Source: a virus. From it: a stretch of 64,000 nucleotides of DNA. Below are positions 33,985 through 43,892 of this stretch, in pieces; position 1 is the first letter of the stretch, and every line of letters starts with the position of its first letter. The notes beneath the pieces were generated by a model. The model made no database searches, was not told where the DNA came from, and worked only from the letters and a program-made list of their open reading frames with translations. The stretch lies in the IMG/VR virus record IMGVR_UViG_3300037089_000505, positions 64,001 to 128,000 of that record; one strand, 5' to 3'. The translations under genes were made by a program, and so were the position numbers.

Positions 33985-35007
33985 ATGAGAAATATAAAAG
34001 AAAGTGTTTGTGTTTGCGGACAAAAAATTACAAACATATCAGCGATAAATCATAAAAGACATTGCCCGGTCTTTTTAAAATACCGTGATAAGTGTCTCAC
34101 TAAAGAATTTATTCAAAAAGAATATATTGAAAAGGGTCGGTCTTTAGAAGAAATACACAGAGAGCTTTCGATCCCAAGAAAATATATTGAAAGCAAAGTT
34201 TTAGAGTTTGGTTTCCAATTAAGAAACATAAAACAATCTAAAGCAACTCAATACACAAAGAACAAAACGATAGCGACTACTATTGATAGATACAGCGATG
34301 TAAATGTTTTGGGCAAGAATTCGCCAATTTACAATGAAAGAAATAAGACAGTAAAGCAAAGGTATGGCGTAAATAACGTATTTCAGCTGGCTGCCGTGAA
34401 AGAACAAATCACCAATAGTCATCTTGAAAAATACGGCAAGAAAAGAATTACTAATGGACAAAAAATATCAACAACGAGAAAAGAAAAATTTAAAGCAGGC
34501 GAATATAAATATTTCAGTAGAGCAATGTCAGAGACAGCCAAAAGCACTTATAATAAATTAAGCGAAAAAGAAAAAGTAGACAAAATGGTTCATATGAGAA
34601 AGTTTATAGACGTGAATTCTTTTATGTCAAGACCAGAAGAGAAAGTGGCGTTGATATTAACAGAGCTTAAGATTGAATTTCAACATACACTTTTCATAGG
34701 TCCATTTTCTTACGATTTTCATATCAAACATACGCCCGTAGTAATTGAAGTTCAAGGAGATTATTGGCACGCTTCCCCAGACAGATATGAAGCTAAAGAT
34801 TTACTTAGCAGACCGGGTAATAAGCTTGTTGAAGCTCAAGAGATATGGGTCAAAGATGCGGCTAAGAGGGCATACATCGAAAAATATGGATACAAAGTTT
34901 TTTACATTTGGGAACACGAACTCAAAGATTTGAAGAGTATCGAAGGTAGGTTAATATCTCTGTATGAAGAGCATAAAAATAAAAAGCATCAAGAAGATTA
35001 CAAATAA
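33985..35007 (+). CDS. Vsr/DUF559-like free-standing homing endonuclease
   Basis: SRPE, YDF, IEVQGDYWH, KD..K and GYKVFYIWEHE motifs; N-terminal RYGVNN/KYG repeats. Confidence 0.85.
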   Translation: MRNIKESVCVCGQKITNISAINHKRHCPVFLKYRDKCLTKEFIQKEYIEKGRSLEEIHRELSIPRKYIESKVLEFGFQLRNIKQSKATQYTKNKTIATTIDRYSDVNVLGKNSPIYNERNKTVKQRYGVNNVFQLAAVKEQITNSHLEKYGKKRITNGQKISTTRKEKFKAGEYKYFSRAMSETAKSTYNKLSEKEKVDKMVHMRKFIDVNSFMSRPEEKVALILTELKIEFQHTLFIGPFSYDFHIKHTPVVIEVQGDYWHASPDRYEAKDLLSRPGNKLVEAQEIWVKDAAKRAYIEKYGYKVFYIWEHELKDLKSIEGRLISLYEEHKNKKHQEDYK

Positions 35008-35857
35008 CTCGAAGAGATATGATGTCCAAACTGACAACGGCAATTTCTTCGCGAATAATATCCTCGTCCACAACTCTCTCATCAAGGTTTGGTACCATAA
35101 CTTCTGGCACGTCTCTTCCAACGGTATGATCGACGCTGGGTCTTGCGATCTCTCTCTTCCGTTCGGAAGCTACAAGACGCTCGGCGATCTTTTCAGCCAG
35201 GCCTTTTTCTTCAAACACAAGAAGAGCTTGAATGATCTCAACAAGAACTACACCTATATGTTCGAGCTCATCAGCCCCTACAATCGGGTAGTCATTCCTT
35301 ACACCGAGATTGACATTTACCATATCGGCACCAGGGAAACGAAGACTGGAATAGAGCTTATCATTGATATCGGAATTCAGAGACCGAAAGAATTCAATCT
35401 TCATACTCTGGATGATGTAATCGCCGCGGCAAAAGTCCTCCCCTTCAATGATGAAGGCTACGTGGTGGTTGACGGAAAATGGAATAGAGCGAAGATCAAG
35501 TCGCCAGCTTATGTCGCCGTCCATCATCTCAGGGGCGAAGGCAATCTTTCCTACAAGCGAGTCCTGGTCTTGATCATGTCCAATGAACATACTGAGTTTC
35601 TGAACTACTTCCCTGAGTATGTTGAAGTATTCGGTCAGGTAGAAAAGAAGTATAAAGACTACGTCGAGAAACTCCTTCAGTCTGCAACTGACGCAATTCA
35701 GTATAAGAGCTTGCCTCGAAAAGAATATGCCATGTGGGCAACCAAACAGGTTGAGCCGGCCTTTCTTTTCCAACTCCTTGATGGAAGGATCAAGACGGCT
35801 GAGGAATACTTGGAACAGGTCGGGCCCGAAAAGGTTGCCAAGAAGTTGGGATACTAA
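34964..35857 (+). CDS. Split intein C-half (37 aa) fused to RNA ligase C-extein
   Basis: Basic IKSIKKI, YDVQT..NFFANNILVHN/S, then SLIKVWY, YMFELISPYNRVV, EGYVV and RAKIKSPAY (Rnl1 motifs). Confidence 0.9.
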   Translation: MKSIKIKSIKKITNNSKRYDVQTDNGNFFANNILVHNSLIKVWYHNFWHVSSNGMIDAGSCDLSLPFGSYKTLGDLFSQAFFFKHKKSLNDLNKNYTYMFELISPYNRVVIPYTEIDIYHIGTRETKTGIELIIDIGIQRPKEFNLHTLDDVIAAAKVLPFNDEGYVVVDGKWNRAKIKSPAYVAVHHLRGEGNLSYKRVLVLIMSNEHTEFLNYFPEYVEVFGQVEKKYKDYVEKLLQSATDAIQYKSLPRKEYAMWATKQVEPAFLFQLLDGRIKTAEEYLEQVGPEKVAKKLGY

Positions 35858-36924
35858 TGCTGAGCAAATTTCATACATTCATCTTGAAGCACTTTTTTAA
35901 AATATTAGTGCTGATGATGTCTATCTTTGGTATTGCAATTGGTCTTGGGTTGAACTACTTTTTCGGCCTCTCGCTTTTCGTATGTATTTGTTCAGGTGTA
36001 GTTCTCGGACCACACTTGACTTTCGTGATTTTATTTGCTATCTTTCTTTTGCCATATACTCAGGGTAAACTTAAACCTAACGCATAATTGAAGGAGAGGT
36101 AAACAAATGATTCCTGGTATCCCCCTTCATCATATTTTCGATTGGTTCTTTCAACCTGTCAAAGAGTCGCCTGAAGACGACGATATGCTCTACTACATGC
36201 ACATTTCAAATCCCAAATATAAGACGCCCACCAATCTGGCCAAGCTTTGGGACGACCTCTGGAATGTAGTTTGGCATCGCAATTTCGGAACATATGGACG
36301 GTTCACTCACGATCTTTATTGGGGGACTCGTTATCTCCTTCAAAGAATTTTCAGAGCTGATCACACTCCTGACATTGAGCTTTTTGATATGATCTATCCT
36401 ATGACCAAGAGGATTCTACCCAAGCTCAAGGCCTTCAGAAGGTATGCTGGCGAACACGGTCATGGTTACCCTACATACTTTTGCGATTGGGCGCCCACCA
36501 AGCACGACCCCAAGTACGGCGGAATAGGCATGACCAAAGCTCAATATGACAAAGCTAAGAAAGAAGGAAAGTTCGCCGGCGGAGGACCTAAAGCTTGGCT
36601 CAAGACCATTGATGAAATGATTTTCGGTTTTGAACGGATTCTCTGCTACGACAACATCAAAACCAAAGAAGCTGAGGTTTTCCTCAAGAAATATCATCTC
36701 CCTAACATTTGGGCTAAGACCGCCAAAAATCGCCACATGTCCTATTACTATAGGAGCAAGAGTGGCAACTTCATGAGCTCTGGTGCTCCCATCAAGAAGA
36801 GCGAAGAGAAGAAATACACTTTCTTGGGCAAACATACCTATTATCATAACTACGACGCAGAGAATAAAATCTACGAAAGGGCACAGAAGGGTTTGGATCT
36901 TTTTGCTAAGCACTTCTTGTCGCT

Positions 36925-37583
36925 ATGGGATTGACCGAGTCAGCAAAGAAATTTACTCTTCATCTCCTCAAGGGTCATATTTGTTCTAACTGCAAATATG
37001 GTATAATTCATAACAGCTACCAAATGCGGGAAGGCAGACGTGTTCCGGGGTGGACGTGGTGTGTAACCAATAATATGGATGTAGATCCAAGCGATAGTTG
37101 TAAACGATATGACAGGAAAGAAAGAGATACTCCGCCTCCTTAAAGGTTGTAGTTGCGAAAATTGTCGCTTTTCTTTTGGACAAGAAAAGACAACTGTAAA
37201 AATTCCCTATGAACACGATCGTTCAATAGGCGGTAGAAAGAATGTTACATCTTGGATTTGGTATTGCAATAATAAATTTCAACATCGAGATCTTGACAAA
37301 GTAGTTTGCATAGAACCTACTGAATATTGTGAAAGATATGACAGAAAAGAAAGAAACACTCCGTCTTCTTAAAGATCATTCTTGTCTCACCTGTAAATTT
37401 AGTTGGAAGTCTAAAGGAGTTCTTGTTCCTTTTTATGGTGACACTGGAATACCAATGCCTACTCCACGAATTTGTGATTACGATAACATAGTGATTCACC
37501 GTCCTCAAGGTAGAGAATATGCAATGACTAAAGAAGTAAACGATTTATACTACTGTCCTTTATATGAAAAGCTTCGTGGCTAA
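36925..37583 (+). CDS. Three tandem overlapping small Cys-rich paralogs (LLKG..CxxC...C...C)
   Basis: ORFs at ~36931, 37109 and 37338 share K[KE]..LxLLK..C..C.F; 40-bp DNA repeats at 37106 and 37335. Confidence 0.65.
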
Positions 37584-38324
37584 CATATATTAAACACATG
37601 GCTATTACATTAGGCATCATTGCTATACTCTATTTAGCAGGTGGCATCACTTTCGGTATGATCTTTGATCGTGAAGCCGAAAACTTTTGCGACCTCTTCG
37701 AAGGCACTGCTGGTCGTTTCATGAATTGGATTTTCTGGGCTCATAACGGTGGCACCTATTTGGTCTTCATCGGACTTGCTACTATGATATGGCCCATCTC
37801 GGCTATACTCACAGCTATTTGTTATTTCAGAGCATAGGAGAAAACAATGATTGCTATCGTTATTTTGGCTACAATCATCTATCTCTTTATCGGCTTTGTT
37901 GGAGTCATCTACTTGAACGAGGAAGAAATTCTTGACGGTGTCATCGACGATGAAGACAGCGTCTTTTCTTGGATTTTGAGCTGGCTCATCTATACGACTC
38001 CGATCATCAAGTGGGCTTTCTATTTTTTACTTGCTTTGATCTGGCCTATCGGAGCTGTGGTGGCGGCAATCATTTATCTGTCATACATCGTCTAAGGAGA
38101 TCAAATGGACGACCTAATCAAAGCTCTTCAAATCATGCGGAAGTATTGTAAAAACGAATACGCTCCGTGTTCTTGTGAACACGATATTCTCTACGTCAAT
38201 TGCGTGGATCCCGCTAACGTTTCTGAGGAAGACATAAAGGCACTCGATGAATTGGGGTTCAGTCCGAATTCTTCTTGGCCAGCATTCTATTCTTTCAGAT
38301 TCGGATCCTGCTAAGGAAAAACAT

Positions 38325-39629
38325 ATGGAACTTAAAGGAAAATACGCTAACGCAATCGTCTACAACGACTTAGTCGAGGCTACCTGTATCTCGCAGATTC
38401 TTGGCCTGTTAAACCATCCTCTGTCTGAAAACTCCAACCCTCGCTTCATGCCAGATTTGCACGCGGGAAAAGGCTGTGTCATCGGCTATACTGCTATTCT
38501 TCCGCCTGATGGAAAGGTAGTTCCTAACCTCATCGGTGTAGATAAGGGATGTGGCGTCTATACCATTTGCCTTGGATTCTTGGCCGATATCGGCGAAAAG
38601 TTTGACAAGCTTGACAGGTTCATTCGCAACGAAATTCCTTCCGGGTTCAAGAGCAACGAACGAACCAATCAGGATCTGGAGGAAATTTTCCGAAAGGGAC
38701 TTGCGAGCAATGGTCTTTATGCAAACATCCGTGATTTCGATGTCGCCCTTAAGGAAGTGTGCAAGCGTCAGGATCAGAGCTATGATGCGGTAATGAGACA
38801 GATTGGAACTCTCGGCGGTGGAAATCACTTCATTGAAGTTGGACTCGACGAAGAGAATCGTCTTTGGCTGACGATCCACTCTGGCTCGAGACACTTCGGA
38901 AACATCAGCTGTCTCTTCCATCAGAAAAAGGCACAGAACAAATACCTCGGTCTCGATGATGAAACCTTCCGAGCAAAGGTGGAGGAAATCAAACGGACCA
39001 AGCACGGTAAAGGTATTGAAGCAGCAATTCAGAGACTCCGTTCAGAAGCCCGGAAGGGTGGCAAGAAACCCAACGGTCTTGAGTGGTTAGAGGGCAAAGA
39101 TCGCGAAACTTACATTCACGACTTGAAAGTTGCTCAGTTGTATGCAAAACTCAATCGCCATACGATGGCCTACGCTATTGTGAACGGCTTCTACAAGCTG
39201 GACATTTTCAGCCTGAAGAGAATTGAGTCTGTCCACAACTACATCAACTTCGAAGATAACATCGTTCGAAAGGGCGCGATCTCTGCTCATATCGGAGAAG
39301 AGGTTGTCATTCCCTTCAACATGAGAGACGGTTTGATCATTGGAATTGGAAAAGGAAATCCTGACTGGAACTTTTCTGCACCGCACGGGTCTGGAAGGAA
39401 GATGTCTCGTTCGGCCGCAAAAGGCCTGGACCTTGCTCATTTCGAGAAAGTTATGAAGGATGCGGGTATCTGGTCTACTTCAATAGGTAAAGACACACTC
39501 GATGAATCGCCCATGGCCTACAAGAACACTGAAGACATTGTGGCTCTTTTAGGGCCGACTGTAGAAATTAAGCATCGCGTGAAGCCAATCTACAATTTCA
39601 AGTCTGGCAAAGAAGAGGAAAGAGAATAA
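38325..39629 (+). CDS. rtcB: RtcB RNA 2',3'-cyclic-phosphate/3'-phosphate ligase
   Basis: MPDLHAGKGCVIG, GVDKGCG, GTLGGGNHFIE, HSGSR, HNY, RKGA, SAPHGSGR and DESPMAYK motifs. Confidence 0.95.
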   Translation: MELKGKYANAIVYNDLVEATCISQILGLLNHPLSENSNPRFMPDLHAGKGCVIGYTAILPPDGKVVPNLIGVDKGCGVYTICLGFLADIGEKFDKLDRFIRNEIPSGFKSNERTNQDLEEIFRKGLASNGLYANIRDFDVALKEVCKRQDQSYDAVMRQIGTLGGGNHFIEVGLDEENRLWLTIHSGSRHFGNISCLFHQKKAQNKYLGLDDETFRAKVEEIKRTKHGKGIEAAIQRLRSEARKGGKKPNGLEWLEGKDRETYIHDLKVAQLYAKLNRHTMAYAIVNGFYKLDIFSLKRIESVHNYINFEDNIVRKGAISAHIGEEVVIPFNMRDGLIIGIGKGNPDWNFSAPHGSGRKMSRSAAKGLDLAHFEKVMKDAGIWSTSIGKDTLDESPMAYKNTEDIVALLGPTVEIKHRVKPIYNFKSGKEEERE

Positions 39630-39964
39630 TGGTAATTACTTTGAATTTTGCAAGCGCGAAAGATTTGATGAGCTGGCATCATCACAAGCAGAACGTCAAG
39701 TTGTTCAAGCGGACACGAAGTTTTCAGGTGACAGGTTCTGATGGCCTGTACTACGGTTATATCACAGGCGTTCTTGATGGAGTTAGAGCTGCCAATCGGG
39801 ATGTATATTTCAAGATCCCAGACGGAGCAAATATAAAAACTATTGGCAGTATAGTCGACGAGTTCATTACTAGGAACAAAGAAAACATCGACGAAAACGA
39901 ATCAGCAGCATCTGTCGTCATTGCAGCGTTACAGGAGAAGTGGCCACACGTAGGAGGGAAATAA
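39629..39964 (+). CDS. Rap1a/Tai-family-like protein (no evident signal peptide)
   Basis: GYITGVLDG...IPDG....I..IV..FI......E.AA.VV.AAL...WP pattern. Confidence 0.6.
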   Translation: MVITLNFASAKDLMSWHHHKQNVKLFKRTRSFQVTGSDGLYYGYITGVLDGVRAANRDVYFKIPDGANIKTIGSIVDEFITRNKENIDENESAASVVIAALQEKWPHVGGK

Positions 39965-40989
39965 TGAACTCTATGAGATTGGCTAATGGCGTAGAAATCA
40001 AATTTCTTGACGAGCCTGAGGGTAGGTTTATTTGCATTGCCGACCTGATTGTTGGTATCGAACGAGCTGAAAAAACTATGATGGAAAAACCATTCAACAC
40101 TTGGGTTCAGAAAACTACCAAAGGTTTTATCGACAATCTCAAGCTCATAAGAGATGTGAAATGACCAAAGAAATTCGCCATGCTCTTGAAGTATTCAAAG
40201 AAAGGCTGGTAAAGAATGGATGATAGAACACTTGAGAAGACAGTAAACCTCATGCTCACTCTTTACCATTGCTTAGACTGTGGCCTCAATGGTAACGATT
40301 GGGAAGAGTTCAAGAAGCTGAAGGCTGAATTTATGGGTCAAGCGGCTGATTCACTTTTTTTCAAATGCCCTAAGTGTGGTAACAAATGGGCTACAGTCAA
40401 TCTCAACATTCTTGACAAACAAAGAAAAGAAAAGGAAGCGGCAAAGGCAAAGGAATGAGTTGGCGAAAGATTGTAGTAGACGGAGAAGCTTATCGCTGGA
40501 AGTGCGGCGGTTCTAATGTTTCCATCCGTAACGAAAAAACTGGCAAAGGTGTCAATATTGCTATTACAGAGCTGAAGCCGATATCACCCGAAGACGTTGA
40601 AGAAATGCATTGGCACAACTTCAATGGTGGTATTACGCCTTCTGATGTTCATGCTTATATCAACGGCAATCTTCGTAGAGAGGAGCTTGGAATCGACACT
40701 ATCAAAATTCTACAGGATATTTACTACGAAAAAGTACCTGCGGCATACGCAGGTGGAACTTTGACAGTCAAAGATCACGACAAGCTTCTCATGTTTAATG
40801 TAGGAAAGGGTTCTTCAGACGAAGAAAATTGTTGGATTGCCCTCAATTACGTCAAGAACAAGAATTCTAATTGCGCTTTTTGGGATCAAGCTGTCAGCAC
40901 TTTACGACTGACGCCTGGCTTTAAGAAGATTGCCACAAAGGCAATGCTCAAGAGTTTCTAATACTGCATACTTTTTGAAAGGAGAGAAT

Positions 40990-41388
40990 ATGAAGCTGTT
41001 GAAGGTTTTCGCAATTCTTTTGGTGGTACTGGCTTTTGCTTCATGCGGTCAGGGGCAGAAGTTTGTCGACCACACAGTGGATGTCGATACGGCGTTTGGA
41101 AACTACGAGTGGTTCCACACTACCTATCAGGACATTCAAGCCATGTCCCCGAAAATCAAACTCGCTTATGATATGTATCAGGACAAAACGGTGTCTGGGG
41201 ACACTAAGACAAACTACCAGACGAATTACACCGGCTTGGTGAACATCCTGAACAACTACGTGGCTGAGTACAACGCCAAGTCCTCCATGTGGAACAGAAG
41301 TCTTTTCAAGGACAAGAAATTGCCCTACAAAATCAAGGTAACAGTCACCGGTGGTGATGTCAGATTCTCAGATCCAGACGAACAGTAA
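40990..41388 (+). CDS. Lipoprotein, first gene of gene pair A
   Basis: Lipobox FASC; YEWF...VAEYNAKS..NRSLFK..LP. Confidence 0.6.
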   Translation: MKLLKVFAILLVVLAFASCGQGQKFVDHTVDVDTAFGNYEWFHTTYQDIQAMSPKIKLAYDMYQDKTVSGDTKTNYQTNYTGLVNILNNYVAEYNAKSSMWNRSLFKDKKLPYKIKVTVTGGDVRFSDPDEQ

Positions 41389-41398
41389 AGGAGATCGT

Positions 41399-41968
41399 AT
41401 GAAGAAATTGCTTAGTGTCTTGGCATTCCTCGCGGTCGTAGCTGCATTTGGGGCGGCCGAAGGTACGCCCGAGTCTTCAATGGCAAAGGGCCAGGCGGCG
41501 AAAGAGACCACAATGAAGGCTCTGATTCGCGCTGTGCCAGTCCCCGAGCTGAAGAACGCTCAGGAGCGCATGATGATCGCCCGCCGAGCTCTCATGTTCG
41601 ACAAGCCCCACGTGGTCGGCTATGTTTACATTTTCATCGCCGGCACATCGACGCCCCTGGGATACTACGTAGTGGATGGAAAGGTTGCCTCGCTGAAGAG
41701 CTACCTTGTTCCACAGCAGCGCATTACCGACGAAGCCGTCATTAACGGTCAGCTGCAGCATGTCAGTGGTTACTACATTGTAGACGACGCTGATATCGAT
41801 GGAACTTACGGCGACAATATTGATGGAGTCTTTTTCTTCACCGATAATGGGGTCTATGTCGAGCTTCCCACTAACGGCCCAGTTGGATACACTTACTCCA
41901 CCCAGCCGCTTCCAATTCGCGTTCCGAAGCTTACTGTTCAGTACGCTGTTCCCGATAAGCCACAGTAA
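41399..41968 (+). CDS. Secreted protein, second gene of gene pair A
   Basis: Signal peptide; GYVY...GYYVVDGKVASL.SYL.P...DIDGTYG.N.DGVFFFT. Confidence 0.6.
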   Translation: MKKLLSVLAFLAVVAAFGAAEGTPESSMAKGQAAKETTMKALIRAVPVPELKNAQERMMIARRALMFDKPHVVGYVYIFIAGTSTPLGYYVVDGKVASLKSYLVPQQRITDEAVINGQLQHVSGYYIVDDADIDGTYGDNIDGVFFFTDNGVYVELPTNGPVGYTYSTQPLPIRVPKLTVQYAVPDKPQ

Positions 41969-41982
41969 GCCAAGAGTCCTCC

Positions 41983-42011
41983 AAGGGGCCCTGTGAATGG
42001 GCCCCTCTTTT
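41983..42011 (+). terminator. Intrinsic terminator
   Basis: AGGGGCCC-tgtgaat-GGGCCCCT followed by CTTTT. Confidence 0.7.
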
Positions 42012-42930
42012 GTTTCCTAAAGCATCGACATTGAGTTATTATGTATCTAAGGAGACAAAAGGCAATGGTGTTTTATGGCATAGCTTTTATCTTGAGCTTC
42101 TTCATCGATGCATCTATTGAGTTCAGTGGGCACTTCCCCATCATCATGGTTGCTATCTTCATTACTTTGATGATTTTGGGATTTCGCCGAGACTGGAGAA
42201 TCAACGAGGTCAAAGGTAGCTGGCAGGTTTATGCCTTATTCATCATACCGACTTTCCTTGTCATGATCATGGCTCCTTACCTTTGTACAGTCACTGCTTT
42301 TCTCATCGCTACAACAATGACCATTACTCACATCATCACTCAGCACACCGATCGGCTTCGGTTCGATCAGGCGGCGGAAAAGAGGAGCTAAGTGGAACTC
42401 CTATTTATTTACAAAGATACCTTTTGGAAGATCTGGCTCCGCCTGGGCTACCTTCTATATCTGGTAGACCGTCTGATAGAGAAACTCTTTGACCTGACGA
42501 CCAAGATAGGCTGGTTCAAAATTGCTGGTTTCATTCGGACCTATGGTACAGGCAGCATGGATCCATCAACTAGAGCGTCAGCCTGGGCTGATACTGTGAT
42601 TGATGTCCGAGACGAAGGGGAAAATTGGCTACTCTGGAGATGCTATTTTGGCTGGACGCTTTTCAAAGAGACCTTGATCTCTTATTTTCAAAGACGTCCT
42701 GCACTACCCCCAACAACTACTGTACTTACTGAAGAAGAAATTCGGCAACTCTTAAGCTAAATGCATATTTTATGAGAGGAGAGGTGGATGGCAAAGAACA
42801 AAGATAAGACGTGTGATAATTGTAGTTTCAAACACACGACTCACGAACACTGCCGCCATGGGGAGTTCATCAACCCAATTCCGGAAGCGCGGATTTGTGA
42901 CAGCTGGATCATCAAAGAGGAGGCGGCAAA

Positions 42931-43263
42931 ATGATGAAAATCATCGGTCTCACGCTTTTGGGCTTTATTGTGCTCTTGGGCTTTGTATGGATTGCTGAAG
43001 GCAACGACTTTTTCATGTACAAAGTCTTTGCTCCAGCCCAGGCCGCAGTAGAGCGTCAAACTTTCGAGCAAACCAAGTCTTACAATCAAGGCATGATCCA
43101 GACGCTGCGAAGCGAACAACTTCAGTATGAAAACGGCGATGATAAGACCAAAGATATGGTCGCGGCCTACGTCTGGGGCCAGTATGCCGACTATAATCAG
43201 GACATGCTTCCTGGAGATTTAAAGAACTTCATGAGTGAAGTTCATAGCCGTCTTAAGAAATAG
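42931..43263 (+). CDS. Membrane-anchored protein, first gene of gene pair B
   Basis: N-terminal TM helix; VERQTFEQTKSYNQGM. Confidence 0.6.
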   Translation: MMKIIGLTLLGFIVLLGFVWIAEGNDFFMYKVFAPAQAAVERQTFEQTKSYNQGMIQTLRSEQLQYENGDDKTKDMVAAYVWGQYADYNQDMLPGDLKNFMSEVHSRLKK

Positions 43264-43271
43264 GAGGACGT

Positions 43272-43835
43272 ATGAAGAGAGTTTTGTTTGTGCTTCTGAC
43301 TGCTTCCCTTGTCTTTTTCCTTTTCGCTTGTGCGGATGAGACACCCTCAGCCGACAAGACCCAACGGGTGAGACAGGAACAGATCCAGCAAGAAGGCGTA
43401 GCACAGGTCGGGATGCCGGCTATTACTTCGTTTTTCGAAGCGAAGCAACTGAAGCGCATCTACGAGATTCGTGATCACGGCTTTGACGGATCGGGGCCTA
43501 TGCACACCTATACCTACACGGAGAACATGATACCGACTATCGTTCACGGTCATACTGCGATGGGCGGCAAGTTTACTTTCATGTTCGACTCGGTTGGCTA
43601 TGGATTCCCGTACGCCACTCAATTCTCAAACCCTTCAAAGCTAGAAAGGGTTTACAATGCCAGCGCTTATTATTTTGTCATGCCTCAGGCAGAACCGAAT
43701 CTTTTGTTCACGCCGAGCGCAGCAGCTGGTACTTGGGTCCTCGTAGCAGACCCTACGGGCAAGTCTAAAGAGCTGATGCCTATCTACTGCGAGCCCAATG
43801 TCCTGGTTGTCCCTTTCAAGCTTCCGCTTGATTGA
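43272..43835 (+). CDS. Lipoprotein, second gene of gene pair B
   Basis: Lipobox LFAC; VGMPAI..F.E...IYE.RD, SVGYG.PYATQFSNP and PQAEPN motifs. Confidence 0.65.
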   Translation: MKRVLFVLLTASLVFFLFACADETPSADKTQRVRQEQIQQEGVAQVGMPAITSFFEAKQLKRIYEIRDHGFDGSGPMHTYTYTENMIPTIVHGHTAMGGKFTFMFDSVGYGFPYATQFSNPSKLERVYNASAYYFVMPQAEPNLLFTPSAAAGTWVLVADPTGKSKELMPIYCEPNVLVVPFKLPLD

Positions 43836-43846
43836 TCTAACTACAC

Positions 43847-43871
43847 GGGGCTCTCTAACCGAGAGCCCCTC
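43847..43871 (+). terminator. Hairpin (probable terminator)
   Basis: GGGGCTCTC-taacc-GAGAGCCCC; weak T-tail. Confidence 0.5.
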
Positions 43872-43892
43872 ATTGTTTTAATAGGAGTCTAC

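Larger units (their letters stand above)
33273..35074 (+). mobile_element. Split intein / free-standing homing endonuclease insertion in RNA ligase motif I
   Basis: Begins at the Cys codon at 33273 after KIDG and ends at HN (35074) before SLI; removal restores KIDGSLI. The interior is markedly AT-richer than the exteins. Confidence 0.85.

Noticed and set aside
33273-35074. Group I intron explaining the RNA ligase interruption
   Set aside because: The interval is almost fully protein-coding with no room for a ribozyme core, and both junctions carry intein motifs.
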